Source: Nitrosopumilaceae archaeon (GTDB taxonomy: Archaea; Thermoproteota; Nitrososphaeria; Nitrososphaerales; Nitrosopumilaceae). Taken from it: a stretch of 64,000 nt of DNA. Location: assembly GCA_965209085.1 (NCBI GenBank), contig OZ242376.1, positions 928,001 to 992,000 on the forward strand, written 5' to 3'. Position 1 is the first letter of the stretch. Each line of letters opens with the position of its first letter. Of the stretch, positions 49,229 to 59,473 are shown one piece after another. A program made the position numbers and the translations under genes. The notes under the pieces were generated by a model. That model was not told the origin of the DNA, searched no databases, and was given only the letters and a program-made list of their open reading frames with translations.

Positions 49229-49950
49229 AGTGCATCCATCATATCCGATGCTGCCTGCATATCACTTGGGGACGTCAACAAGACATCGCCGGCAGTATCG
49301 TGTACTGATTTGATAAATTCAAAAGCATTTTGTGAATATGATGACCAGTCAAGATTGAGAAATTTTGCAGACGCGGCATTTTTTTCCGATGGAATCAGTA
49401 TGCACGGGATGGTGCGAAATCCCAATGGTGCAAATTTTTTACAAATGCCGGAGACATCATCCATGCTGCGTATTACCTGTGTGAAAAATCCAGCAGGGCA
49501 AGAGTCTATTTTTTTTTGAATTTTTGCATAATTTGGCCTGCTTGGAACAGACAGGTATGTCCTGATTGCAGCGCTTGTAGTTTTGGCAACCGCACTTGGA
49601 ATCAGTCCAGAATCCCCCCCCTTGCCCGGATCCCCTTTCACTACAAGAATTCCGTCAATTTTTCCATCACATGTTTTTAAGACAAATTGCGAGACTGCCG
49701 CCTCTGTTTTGTCTATAACGCGCATGCTCACTATGATCTCAAGATTTGGGTGCGATTTTTTGATTATGCCCGCCATGTCAATTGGATCAAGTCGCGGTTT
49801 TCCAAGTACTGAATCAGTTACTAGCACGCCTCCGCACATTTGCAGTATTGAGTCAAATTTCTTTGCCAAGTTGTGCATCCTCTCAAATGCGTCCGAATCT
49901 GACTCACTTTCGATCACTTTGGGGGGGTTTATTTCAAAAAAGATTCCCAT
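49225..49950 (-). CDS. Methylenetetrahydrofolate reductase-like protein
   Basis: EINPPK, VTDS, KGDP, GFFTQ; next to metH. Confidence 0.7.
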   Translation of the reverse strand: MGIFFEINPPKVIESESDSDAFERMHNLAKKFDSILQMCGGVLVTDSVLGKPRLDPIDMAGIIKKSHPNLEIIVSMRVIDKTEAAVSQFVLKTCDGKIDGILVVKGDPGKGGDSGLIPSAVAKTTSAAIRTYLSVPSRPNYAKIQKKIDSCPAGFFTQVIRSMDDVSGICKKFAPLGFRTIPCILIPSEKNAASAKFLNLDWSSYSQNAFEFIKSVHDTAGDVLLTSPSDMQAASDMMDAL

Positions 49951-50017
49951 ACTTTCAATTGACGCACTCTGTGGTTAAAACCTTGACGAAACGCCAATAT
50001 CATCTGCATATGCAGGT

Positions 50018-50569
50018 ATGGTATTGGAGATATCAGATATGCGCAGAATCCTCTCAAATGTGCCATATGGGATAAAAATGAGCGGAGGTGTGCCCGCTTC
50101 AGTTTTGGTTGCAATATGCGGTCCAGATATGCGCGTTCTTTTGACAAAAAAATCCGCAAATCTTAGAATTCATGCAGGACAAATATCATTTCCCGGTGGT
50201 AAACCAGAAAAAGGCGATGCGGATTTGGCAGATACTGCCATCCGTGAAACGCACGAAGAGCTGGGATTAAATGTGAAACGCGAGCAGGTGCTAGCAAATC
50301 TTGATGATGTCAGAACCCTTGGGACAGGATATGTGATTACACCGTATGTGTGTATATTGGAAAAACAATACGATGATTTGGTTATAAATGACGAAGTGGA
50401 ACGGACGTACAGTCCGAAACTTTATGATTTACTTGAAACGCGGACGGCAGATACTATTCATGGCATACATGATGCAGTAGAGTTTGACATTAATGGCGAG
50501 GTTCTCTGGGGGGCATCAGCTAGAATACTGGAGCAGATACGCTTGGTGATAGAATCTGATTTTAAATAA
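50018..50569 (+). CDS. Nudix hydrolase (CoA pyrophosphatase-like)
   Basis: HAGQISFPGG...AIRETHEELG, LWGASA. Confidence 0.88.
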   Translation: MVLEISDMRRILSNVPYGIKMSGGVPASVLVAICGPDMRVLLTKKSANLRIHAGQISFPGGKPEKGDADLADTAIRETHEELGLNVKREQVLANLDDVRTLGTGYVITPYVCILEKQYDDLVINDEVERTYSPKLYDLLETRTADTIHGIHDAVEFDINGEVLWGASARILEQIRLVIESDFK

Positions 50570-50710
50570 TATACTTTCTAGAATGCCAATCCGCCGTGCC
50601 GTGCTGACAGTTTTGGATCAATTGGATATAGTATTTTTGATGTACATTTGCAAGAATAAAGCCGCAGATTACAGTTGGTTTAAAAGTAGGTTGAAAATCT
50701 TCGTGTAAAT

Positions 50711-50869
50711 ATGGGAGCACGTAAAACATCCGCAAGAAAAATTCGTATAATAAAGAAAACCAAACAGACATCATCCGTGCCGGCATGGGTAATTGCACGC
50801 ACGCGCAGATCAGTCAGAACAAATCCAAAACGTAGAGACTGGCGGCATGCACATGCGAGGTTTGGTTAG
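50711..50869 (+). CDS. rpl39e: 50S ribosomal protein L39e (not in ORF track)
   Basis: MGARKTSARKIR...VPAWVIART...NPKRRDWR; precedes L31e. Confidence 0.9.
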   Translation: MGARKTSARKIRIIKKTKQTSSVPAWVIARTRRSVRTNPKRRDWRHAHARFG

Positions 50870-50870
50870 A

Positions 50871-51560
50871 TTGTCTGCAGAAACTGACCGTGTATACACC
50901 ATAAATTTGGGCAAAGTTCTACTCTCTCCGGACAACCGCAGGGCAAAACGTGCCATAAACATGATGCGCGAGTTTGCGCGCCACCACATGGGAGTATCCG
51001 AAGTAAAAATAGACATGGATGTTTCACAGTCCATATGGAGCAAAGGAATACGCCACCCTCCAAGAAAAATCAGGGTTCGCTTGCATAAAACCGACGAAGG
51101 CCATATCTTAATTTCAAAATATGAAGGAGAACAAACCGCATCCACGGAAATAAAAGATATACCTGTAAAGGATAAACCAAAAGATGTAAAGTCAAAACTT
51201 GTGGATGTAAAATCAAAACTTGTGAATGTAAAGTCAAAACCTGCGGATGTAAAAGATACACCTGCAAAGGATAAACCAACGGATGTAAAAGATACACCTG
51301 CAAAGGATAAACCAACGGATGTAAAAGATACACCTGCAAAGGATAAACCAACGGATGTAAAAGATACACCTGCAAAGGATAAACCAACGGATGTAAAAGA
51401 TACACCTGCAAAGGATAAACCAACGGATGTAAAAGATACACCTGCAAAGGATAAACCAACGGATGTAAAAGATACACCTGCAAAGGATAAACCAACGGAT
51501 GTAAAAGATGCACCTGTAAAGGATAAACCAAAAGATGCAGATAAAAAATCTACAAACTAG
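50871..51560 (+). CDS. rpl31e: 50S ribosomal protein L31e with long repetitive tail
   Basis: RVYTINL, RAKRA, IWSKGIRHPPRKIRV; TTG start at 50871. Confidence 0.9.
   Translation: MSAETDRVYTINLGKVLLSPDNRRAKRAINMMREFARHHMGVSEVKIDMDVSQSIWSKGIRHPPRKIRVRLHKTDEGHILISKYEGEQTASTEIKDIPVKDKPKDVKSKLVDVKSKLVNVKSKPADVKDTPAKDKPTDVKDTPAKDKPTDVKDTPAKDKPTDVKDTPAKDKPTDVKDTPAKDKPTDVKDTPAKDKPTDVKDTPAKDKPTDVKDAPVKDKPKDADKKSTN
51246..51533 (+). repeat. 36-bp tandem repeat, 7 perfect + 1 degenerate copies (DVKDTPAKDKPT)
   Basis: GATGTAAAAGATACACCTGCAAAGGATAAACCAACG, contiguous. Confidence 0.95.
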
Positions 51561-51593
51561 TAAAAAATCAAAATTTTTCTTATAATGAAACTA

Positions 51594-52526
51594 TTATTCC
51601 AATTGTCTTAAATCAAGATCAATGTTCAAACCAAGTTCTGGTTCATTCCAGTCCATGGTCAAATCCGCAGGTATCTGACTTAGCGGATCGTATGAATCAA
51701 AACGTGTCGCTCCAATTACCGCAGATGCCATGACAAGCTGTGTTTTCCCTTCGGTATGTTTTGCCATAATTTGCGAGCTGCCGCATACATCGTGCAAAAG
51801 CTTTGATGCTGCATCAATCATTCCTACAGGAATGCTGTTTCCGGAAAGATGTAATACAGAATGACCGGTATTTTCAGATGCTGTATTGTAAAGCATTTTT
51901 AAAGAATCGCGCAGTGCCATTTCCACGCTTTGACCATCCCTCGCAGATGATACGATGTTTGTTCCAGCAGGCATGCTGCAATCCTTGAGTGAGTTTAAAA
52001 CGTACACTGCAGCATTGTATGCAATCTCGTTGCATTCTTGTATGCTAAGATCAGGATTGCTCTCGTGCATTGCTTCATTGTCTATAATTGATGTAAATCC
52101 AGACCCTTCGCGCACCCGTTTTAGCGCCACACCGGATTCAAATATCCGCTCTTTTTCATATGCAAAAGGCATTGTTACCACCGAGGCAGTAGACATGTTT
52201 TTGCACGCATTTAACACCATTGGTGCCAGGGCTGCGCCTTCTTTTTCACCCAAAGCTGCTAAAACTATTGCAGAATCGTATTCTCGTGCCTGCAAAGAGA
52301 CATTCTTTACAGCATTAAGAGCATTTGCCCTCACAAGGCGCATTGACGGATTTAAGACCTCACCGTCAGATACGTGTACATAATCAAAAGATGACTGTCT
52401 AGAGCCCATTTTTACACAGTTCCAGCCAGTTGTTGCAGAGGCTTTTGTGGCCATTTTTGAGCCAGTCTCACCTATGCCGATTAAGAGTATTCTACCCTTT
52501 AGATCGCTTCTCAACATGTGATACAC
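51594..52526 (-). CDS. Divergent FtsZ/tubulin-like protein (thaumarchaeal type)
   Basis: LIGIGETG, TMPFAYE..R, IIDNE; the canonical GGGTGTG loop is replaced by ALGEKEG. Confidence 0.7.
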   Translation of the reverse strand: MYHMLRSDLKGRILLIGIGETGSKMATKASATTGWNCVKMGSRQSSFDYVHVSDGEVLNPSMRLVRANALNAVKNVSLQAREYDSAIVLAALGEKEGAALAPMVLNACKNMSTASVVTMPFAYEKERIFESGVALKRVREGSGFTSIIDNEAMHESNPDLSIQECNEIAYNAAVYVLNSLKDCSMPAGTNIVSSARDGQSVEMALRDSLKMLYNTASENTGHSVLHLSGNSIPVGMIDAASKLLHDVCGSSQIMAKHTEGKTQLVMASAVIGATRFDSYDPLSQIPADLTMDWNEPELGLNIDLDLRQLE

Positions 52527-52586
52527 TACAGTATCAGATAAAAAACCTTCTTACATAATTTTTCTCCAATATGCGATCTAAAATAT

Positions 52587-53852
52587 TTAACCCTCAATTT
52601 GGCCCAAAAGATTGTTTGTCGTAGACCCAGTTATCCGGACATTGCATGAGAGACCCACATGTGCCCCTTTTGGAACGTATATGGGTTTGTAGGCGTAATT
52701 TCTGCCGCGTATACCGTTTTCAGTATTCTCAGAAAAGAGCACCTTTCCTGACCATCCGATCCATTTTTTGTTGGATTCGGACGCAATATCAGATACCACC
52801 TGGGTAATCTTTCGGCTTCTGCGTTTTACAGTCTCGGGGTTAATTTTGTCCATCTTGGCAGCATCGGTTCCAGGACGCGCACTGTATTTGGATATATTTA
52901 CAATGTCAGGACGGGTTTTTTCTAAAAGTGACACTGTCTCCTCAAAGTCATCATCACTCTCAGTTGGAAATCCCACAATGATGTCAGTGGATATGGTAAA
53001 CTTTGAAAAACGTTTTCGTATTTTTTCTGCCACATCCTCAAAGGTTCCAACCGTGTGTCCGCGCTTCATTGCGGCAAGAACAGGGTTGCTACCGCTTTGA
53101 ACCGGCACATGGATAAACTTGTACACGTTTGAATTCTCATACGAGTTTAGCAGATCATTGCGGATTCTTGGCATGTACATCGGATTCATCATCCCTATTC
53201 GTATCATAAAGTCCCCGCGTATTGCAGATACAGCATCCACCAGTTCCGGAAGATTGGATCCTATATCAAAACCGTAACATCCGTTGTCAGTTGAGCTAAG
53301 CCATATTTCAGAGCAGCCAGAGTGCACCTCTTCTTTTACCTGTCTTACAACATCCCCGACCCTATAGCTTGTTATATCACCTTTTGCAAGCTTTGTCTGA
53401 CAGAATGTGCATTCGCTCATGCATCCGCTTGCAATTTCCACTATCCCCACTGCAGGATTTAATCGAACTTTTGGAAGTCCGATTTTTCTTGTATCATCGC
53501 CCAAACTGACACGTTTTTTTCCATGCAGGGCGCCCTCGAGCAGTTGCAGCGTTCCGCCAATTGATGAGGGTCCCATCATTGAGGCTTTTGGTGCAAGTTT
53601 TGAGACAGTTTCAGGTTCTGCCTTTGCAAGGCATCCGGCAATCACAAGCGGTTTTGTTCCAAGTTTTTTTATCCTGTATGCCATCCTTCCCGCAGTCGAA
53701 TCTTTTACAGAACACGTTACCAGTATACTAGCGTCAGCATCGTGTTCGGATTCGGCCAAAACATGTCCGCCGTTTGCCACAATACCGGCTATCATCTCAG
53801 AGTCTGCAAAACTAGCAGAACATCCGTATGCCTCTATCCAGATTTTGGCCAT
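52587..53852 (-). CDS. tRNA t6A methylthiotransferase (MtaB/CDKAL1-like radical SAM)
   Basis: YGCSAS, TCSVK, GCMSECTFC, PVQSGS, TDIIVGFPTE, TRAM domain. Confidence 0.88.
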   Translation of the reverse strand: MAKIWIEAYGCSASFADSEMIAGIVANGGHVLAESEHDADASILVTCSVKDSTAGRMAYRIKKLGTKPLVIAGCLAKAEPETVSKLAPKASMMGPSSIGGTLQLLEGALHGKKRVSLGDDTRKIGLPKVRLNPAVGIVEIASGCMSECTFCQTKLAKGDITSYRVGDVVRQVKEEVHSGCSEIWLSSTDNGCYGFDIGSNLPELVDAVSAIRGDFMIRIGMMNPMYMPRIRNDLLNSYENSNVYKFIHVPVQSGSNPVLAAMKRGHTVGTFEDVAEKIRKRFSKFTISTDIIVGFPTESDDDFEETVSLLEKTRPDIVNISKYSARPGTDAAKMDKINPETVKRRSRKITQVVSDIASESNKKWIGWSGKVLFSENTENGIRGRNYAYKPIYVPKGAHVGLSCNVRITGSTTNNLLGQIEG

Positions 53853-53855
53853 AGC

Positions 53856-55217
53856 TTATCCCAAAAAGGCGTCTATTTGCGCCTTTGTCAAAAGTTTCCT
53901 AGCCAAAGCAATATCCCGGATGGATTTTCCAGTTTTTACTGATTCTTTGAATATCTCAGATGAGATCTTGTATCCGATGCTTGGAGTCAAAAGGGTCACT
54001 ATAACAGGACTGTTTTCAACATTCTCGCGCAGTTTTTTCGGGTTGGCATCAAGACCATCCACAAGATTTGTAGCAAAAATCGGAATAAAATTCCCCATCA
54101 TATCAGATGACTCTAGGATGCATTTTAGCATGCCAGGCAACATGACGTTTAGCTCAAACTGTCCGCCCTGAGCGCCAAGTGAGACTGACGTGTCGTTTCC
54201 TATGACATTGTTGCACACCATGTTCATGCATTCTGCAAGCGAGGGGTTTACCTTGCCGGGCATTATCGAGGAGCCAGCGTGCACTACTGGGATTCTTATT
54301 TCAGAGAGACCGGCTACCGGTCCTGATGCCATAAGGCGTATGTCATTTGCCACCTTTGCAATCTCTATTGCCATGTTTTTTAGTGCAGATGATACTGATA
54401 CCACTGCAAATCTGCTTTGCAGTCCATGATGCATGTTAGGTTCGGGTTTGATTGGGAGTTTTGAAATTTTTGCCAGCTCGTTTATCACAATTTTTCTGTA
54501 TCCTTTTGGCGTGTTGGCTCCGGATCCCACCGCCGTTCCTCCAAGTGCCACAGTATAAAGTCCAACAGATGCCATCTTTAGCGCCTCGTTTGATTTTGAA
54601 ACTGCCACAGCATATGCTGCAAATTCATCCCCAAGTGTTACAGGAAGCGCATCCATCAGATGTGTTCGGCCTATTTTTTTGTATGATGCGAATTTTTTGG
54701 CTTTTTTGGAAAGTGATTTTTTCAGCGTTTCTGCTGCAAAAATTACCGCATTTATGTTCGGCAAAAGACTCAGGTGCATCGCAGTTGGATACGTGTCGTT
54801 GCTTGACTGTGACATGTTGACATGATCATTTGGATGAATGTATGAATACTGGCCTTTTTTTCTACCCGATATGACAAGTGCGATGTTTGCGATTACCTCG
54901 TTTGTATTCATGTTAAACGCAGTTCCGGCTCCGGAGTTTATCATGTCCACTGCAAACCATTCCCTAAACTCGCCGCCAAGTATTCTATCGCATGCGCGGA
55001 TGATGACACGGCTTCGTTTACCATCCAATGCGCCAGTTTTTGCATTGGCAAGAGAGGCTGATCGTTTTATCATGACAAATGCATCTATTAGGTTTTGATG
55101 CGGCAGATGGCCTGTAACATGGTACTGCATTATAGCTCTGGCAGTGAACGGGCCATAGTATGCATTGTATGGTACCTTTATTTTTCCAAGCGAATCCTCG
55201 TCTGTGCGGTATTTCAC
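53856..55217 (-). CDS. fumC: Class II fumarate hydratase / aspartase superfamily lyase
   Basis: HPNDHVNMSQSSNDT, GRTHLMDA, GSSIMPGKVNP. Confidence 0.85.
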   Translation of the reverse strand: MKYRTDEDSLGKIKVPYNAYYGPFTARAIMQYHVTGHLPHQNLIDAFVMIKRSASLANAKTGALDGKRSRVIIRACDRILGGEFREWFAVDMINSGAGTAFNMNTNEVIANIALVISGRKKGQYSYIHPNDHVNMSQSSNDTYPTAMHLSLLPNINAVIFAAETLKKSLSKKAKKFASYKKIGRTHLMDALPVTLGDEFAAYAVAVSKSNEALKMASVGLYTVALGGTAVGSGANTPKGYRKIVINELAKISKLPIKPEPNMHHGLQSRFAVVSVSSALKNMAIEIAKVANDIRLMASGPVAGLSEIRIPVVHAGSSIMPGKVNPSLAECMNMVCNNVIGNDTSVSLGAQGGQFELNVMLPGMLKCILESSDMMGNFIPIFATNLVDGLDANPKKLRENVENSPVIVTLLTPSIGYKISSEIFKESVKTGKSIRDIALARKLLTKAQIDAFLG

Positions 55218-55450
55218 GTATAATGAACAGTGCTAGGTGTTAATTTCCTTTTCTTTTAAAAAATAACTGGTCATACAGGAGAGTATAATCAGGGTTTGAT
55301 TTGAATGAAATATCGTCCAAATCGGCAAAAAATAGCATGAATTTGGCACCTAGTCTTATTTTGTGCCCAAATCTTAATTTTTCGTGTAAATTACAGATAC
55401 AATACAAAATCGCACAAAAAATATCTTAATTTATATAAGTATATCTAGTC

Positions 55451-56827
55451 ATGGACTCAATGAATAAGAAACACAGTATGATTCTAACCATTACCGCAGT
55501 TGCGGTTCTTGGTGCGACATTACTTGGAGGCACATATACGCAGTCACAACTAGGCACACAATCACTTGACATATCAAAAATGGATGCTGACGTTTTAAGA
55601 CAGATTCAAGAAATGGGCGGACTAGAACTTGTAATGCCAAAAGCATTTTCTGAAACAGATTGTGGCGCTTTGGAGAGTACAGGACGCAAAGTCGTAAGGT
55701 TTGACCTTACCGGTGAGAGTGTTAAACTGCCCATCATGGGACATACCGCTGACAAACCAAAAGAATACCATGGAATGGCATTCAACCAACAAGTACCAGG
55801 TCCAACACTACGTGTCCAACAGGGCGATATAGTAATGATGACCCTCACCATACCCGCAGATGAAGTTACAGGACACGGAAACGACATGCATGCATCACAA
55901 ACCAGTGCACAGTACTTTGATTCCATAAACCCCGGCGAGACTGCAGAGTATTGCTATATTGCACAGTCTGCAGGTGTTTTCAAATACCACTGCTCTGGCG
56001 TACGCTTGATTGGCATGGATCAGCACGTTCTCTCGGGAATGTATGGAATTGCCATAGTAGACCCAGTAGACGGTTACAAAAAACTCATGGTTGAAAAAAC
56101 CACGCCCACAGGCGAGATTGACAGAATATTTTACGAAAGTGATGCATTGGAGTTTCAGCTGCAATACAACCAGCTCTATCTGACAGAAGATGGCACATAT
56201 GATCAGGTAGCCATGTTTAAACACGAGAACACTGGCACAGTGGTAAACGGATTCCAGTTTGGATATGTTCCAAACTCTGGTCACAACGAGTTAATCAAAG
56301 GCAATGCAAATTCAAACATCTTTGTAGTCCAGCCATGGAATGCAGAAGAGCTTAAACAATACCAGTCACAGCTGCTCTTCGTTGAGACAGGCAAACACAT
56401 AAGATTTTTCATTGAAAACCAAGGCAACGAGCCAGTATACTGGCACGTGGTAGGTGAGATCATAGACAGAGTAACACAGGGTAACAGAGTCCAATCAGCT
56501 GCTACGGAAACGTGGTTGTTGGGAGGTTCACAAAACATGATAGCTGACATCGTCTTTGACGAACCAGGCGTTTATGTGGCCGTAAACCATGACTATGCTG
56601 CAATATATAGTGGAGCTGCAACGGTAATTATCGCAGGCGATCCGTTCGGATTGAACGAAAAGCTAGAGCAAAATCCACCGGTTGCATCCTATGCATATTT
56701 GCTCGGTAACCCCAGTGATGCTATCCCACCAATGGGAGAAGAAAGCGTCGAACATCCAATGATAAACTTGCACGGTTTGTACACGGATGAACGCGCAGCA
56801 CAAATCAAAGCAGAATTAGGAATTTAG
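55451..56827 (+). CDS. nirK: Copper-containing nitrite reductase (thaumarchaeal NirK)
   Basis: Signal/TM segment, PGPTLRV, HGNDMH, KYHC...HVLSGMYG, WHVVGE, VNHD. Confidence 0.9.
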   Translation: MDSMNKKHSMILTITAVAVLGATLLGGTYTQSQLGTQSLDISKMDADVLRQIQEMGGLELVMPKAFSETDCGALESTGRKVVRFDLTGESVKLPIMGHTADKPKEYHGMAFNQQVPGPTLRVQQGDIVMMTLTIPADEVTGHGNDMHASQTSAQYFDSINPGETAEYCYIAQSAGVFKYHCSGVRLIGMDQHVLSGMYGIAIVDPVDGYKKLMVEKTTPTGEIDRIFYESDALEFQLQYNQLYLTEDGTYDQVAMFKHENTGTVVNGFQFGYVPNSGHNELIKGNANSNIFVVQPWNAEELKQYQSQLLFVETGKHIRFFIENQGNEPVYWHVVGEIIDRVTQGNRVQSAATETWLLGGSQNMIADIVFDEPGVYVAVNHDYAAIYSGAATVIIAGDPFGLNEKLEQNPPVASYAYLLGNPSDAIPPMGEESVEHPMINLHGLYTDERAAQIKAELGI

Positions 56828-56889
56828 ATTTTCATTTGTTTTTTTTACACGCCTGATAAGGTTATATGCCGCACGATTTTTTGTGCAGT

Positions 56890-57825
56890 GTGACTGATCT
56901 GCAGGGACGAGTACTAGTATGCGATACAACAGATCAGATACTGCAAAAAATACTCAAAGATAACGGTCTGTCAGTATCATATATGCCAGAAATTACTCCC
57001 GATGATTTAGCTGAGAAGATTAAAGATTATGAGATCATCATAGTCCGAAGTCGTACAAAACTTACGGCAGATTTGATCAAAAATGCAGCATCATGCAAAA
57101 TCATAGCCCGCGTAGGGGTTGGCCTTGACAATATTGATTTGAATGCTGCAAAAGAGGCCAATATTCGCGTGATAAATGCAATCGAGGGTGCCACCACAGC
57201 TGTTGCAGAACTGGTTCTTGCAATGATGTTCTCACTTGCCAGGAAAATTCCCAGAGCCGACAGTGGGATGCGCAAGGGCGAGTGGTTAAAGGGTGAGATA
57301 AAGGGAACAGAGCTTAAAGGCAAATACCTCGGCATTGTAGGTCTTGGAAACATTGGAAAACGGCTTGCACGGCTTGCGCGCGCACTAAATATGAACATTA
57401 TAGGATATGATCCGGCTGCAATAGACGGGGAATTTGCAAAAGAGGTGGGACTGTTCAAAGCGGATCTTGAGACGCTGCTAAAAAGCTCAGACTATGTCTC
57501 ACTGCACGTGCCCCTGTTGGAATCGACAAAACACATGATAAATGCAGAAAAACTTTCCCTGATGAAACCGACTGCGGCCATAATCAACACTTCACGCGGC
57601 GGTGTAATCGACGAGGATGCGCTGTATGAGGCGTTGGTTGCAGGACGGCTTGGCGGTGCGGCACTAGACGTATTTGAAACAGAGCCAGCTACTGGAAACA
57701 AACTCACAAAAATCGAGAATGTCGTACTAACGCCCCACATCGGGGCAATGACTGCAGAGGCACAGTCATTGGCAGCTAACATTATCGGTGAAAAAATAGT
57801 GCAGATACTTCGCGGCATTGTATAA
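56890..57825 (+). CDS. D-3-phosphoglycerate dehydrogenase-like 2-hydroxyacid dehydrogenase
   Basis: RVGVGLDNID, GLGNIG, NTSRGG, DVFETEP, TPHIGA. Confidence 0.85.
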   Translation: MTDLQGRVLVCDTTDQILQKILKDNGLSVSYMPEITPDDLAEKIKDYEIIIVRSRTKLTADLIKNAASCKIIARVGVGLDNIDLNAAKEANIRVINAIEGATTAVAELVLAMMFSLARKIPRADSGMRKGEWLKGEIKGTELKGKYLGIVGLGNIGKRLARLARALNMNIIGYDPAAIDGEFAKEVGLFKADLETLLKSSDYVSLHVPLLESTKHMINAEKLSLMKPTAAIINTSRGGVIDEDALYEALVAGRLGGAALDVFETEPATGNKLTKIENVVLTPHIGAMTAEAQSLAANIIGEKIVQILRGIV

Positions 57826-57888
57826 ATTCAAGATACCGCATTATTCGTAACAGATCGGCTTTTATGTGGGTTTTAGTTTCTCATACAT

Positions 57889-58632
57889 ATGCGGATTTTA
57901 TTCGGATATGTTGCAATACTGTTTGTACTAGCTCCAATGATTGTTTATGCCACTGAGCCCTCAATGACCATGCCTGTAGATTCGGCTATGGGTTCATTTG
58001 CAGAATATGATATTAGTGATATAATCTTAGAGTCATATTTTGATGAAGATTTTCAATCAGTGGTTTTTAAGTTAAGTTCTAGTTCTGAATCTGAAATACT
58101 CTCAGTACATCTTGACACAAATTTATTCGGATATCCTGCAGACTTGGATGGATATTATGTGCTAGCTGATGCTGAACCGATAAACGTCCCACATGAGATT
58201 TTAGATTCAAATTATGAAAATCGCATACATTTAATGATCAATGTTGAATCCGGAGTTACTAGTGTTGAAATATTTGGCAAAATATCCAATGATGCCAAAC
58301 CTGCAGAAGAAGAAATGGAGGATACAGAAAAGATGGAAGAGTTAGAAAAGATGGAGGATACAGAAAAGATGGAAGAGTTAGAAATTAAATGCGATGCCGG
58401 GATGATAATGGTAAACGGCCAGTGCATGCTAGATGAGAAACCAGTATGCGGTGCAAACACTGTGTTTGATGGCGAGAAATGTATTCTAGAAAGCCAAAAG
58501 GACATCAATGGTGACAAGTCCAATGTATTAAATTTCAAAGATCTGATATACGGAACTGTCGGCGGTGTGATAATTGCCCTAGCAGTCGCATTTGTATTTC
58601 TGGCAATGTCAAAAGCTTTTAGAAAAAATTAA
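57889..58632 (+). CDS. Secreted, C-terminally anchored acidic protein with Cys-rich mini-repeats
   Basis: Signal peptide, CDAGM..VNGQC and CGANT..DGEKC, C-terminal TM helix plus basic tail; 36-bp duplication at ~58312-58384. Confidence 0.7.
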   Translation: MRILFGYVAILFVLAPMIVYATEPSMTMPVDSAMGSFAEYDISDIILESYFDEDFQSVVFKLSSSSESEILSVHLDTNLFGYPADLDGYYVLADAEPINVPHEILDSNYENRIHLMINVESGVTSVEIFGKISNDAKPAEEEMEDTEKMEELEKMEDTEKMEELEIKCDAGMIMVNGQCMLDEKPVCGANTVFDGEKCILESQKDINGDKSNVLNFKDLIYGTVGGVIIALAVAFVFLAMSKAFRKN

Positions 58633-58638
58633 GCGCAG

Positions 58639-59259
58639 TTATTTCAATACGATAATTTCAGGCAAAAGGTAATCTATAATGTTGACATATGTTGAATCAT
58701 CAATATGTCCGTCAGTCCAAAATTTTGTGGCCAAATTTTTAAACCAGTCAGGAATCACCGCGCTTTGAATATCTGTTGGAATCGGAGAATCCAAAATTTT
58801 TGCATCGTATAAAAGATACAGATATTTCCCATAGTCTGTATCCTGTATTATCGTGCTAGCCCACAATATAGATATATTCCTAAACCACGACGGGAGTAAA
58901 ACATCATCTGAATCCAGTATTGTAAAGACATCATCAGCTGATAACTCACCGTACTGGATTTGCAGCGTCCAAAGACCCGGCTGGTAAAATGAATTAATCG
59001 GATCCGGCGACGTATACGTAGAGGTCGTATTGTATACTGGAATTTCTAGTGAAGTCACGTTTTGTAAATCATGCGAGAATGTAAGTATTGCGGATTCGTA
59101 TGAAAGGTCTGGAACTTTGAGCACGAATACAATATTATCTCCAAGAGAATATTCATCCATCTCCACATCTACGGCAATTTCAGACTGGGCGTAAACGGCA
59201 GCCGTGTGGAAAAAAGCTGCAAAGATCGCCACCATGGCATACTGGAATACGCGCATAAC
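58639..59259 (-). CDS. Secreted surface protein with thaumarchaeal IP.W-type C-terminal repeats
   Basis: Signal peptide; LPSWFRN..W and IPDWFKN...WTDGHIDD; start at the M of MRVFQY. Confidence 0.65.
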   Translation of the reverse strand, partial: VMRVFQYAMVAIFAAFFHTAAVYAQSEIAVDVEMDEYSLGDNIVFVLKVPDLSYESAILTFSHDLQNVTSLEIPVYNTTSTYTSPDPINSFYQPGLWTLQIQYGELSADDVFTILDSDDVLLPSWFRNISILWASTIIQDTDYGKYLYLLYDAKILDSPIPTDIQSAVIPDWFKNLATKFWTDGHIDDSTYVNIIDYLLPEIIVLK

Positions 59260-59473
59260 ATGATCCGCTATCAACTCTAATATGGATATGTCGGATTTTG
59301 GTTCTGTGCAACTATCAAGACTTGGATATAATATGACCGCAGCATCTTTTAATATCTCACACATGCATTCTTGAATAATATGGCAGCATATCCTGCAGGT
59401 TGAATTTGATCTGACCTGTGCGTTATTTTATCCCTAAACGAATACATAACAAGTCACACATACAACATATACG

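Noticed and set aside
51246-51533. 36-bp repeats of CRISPR-like length
   Set aside because: Units are contiguous with no spacers, lie in frame within rpl31e, and no cas genes are present.
51594-52526. FtsZ-like gene coexisting with an ESCRT-III CdvB paralogue as a novelty
   Set aside because: This is established for Nitrosopumilus-like archaea.
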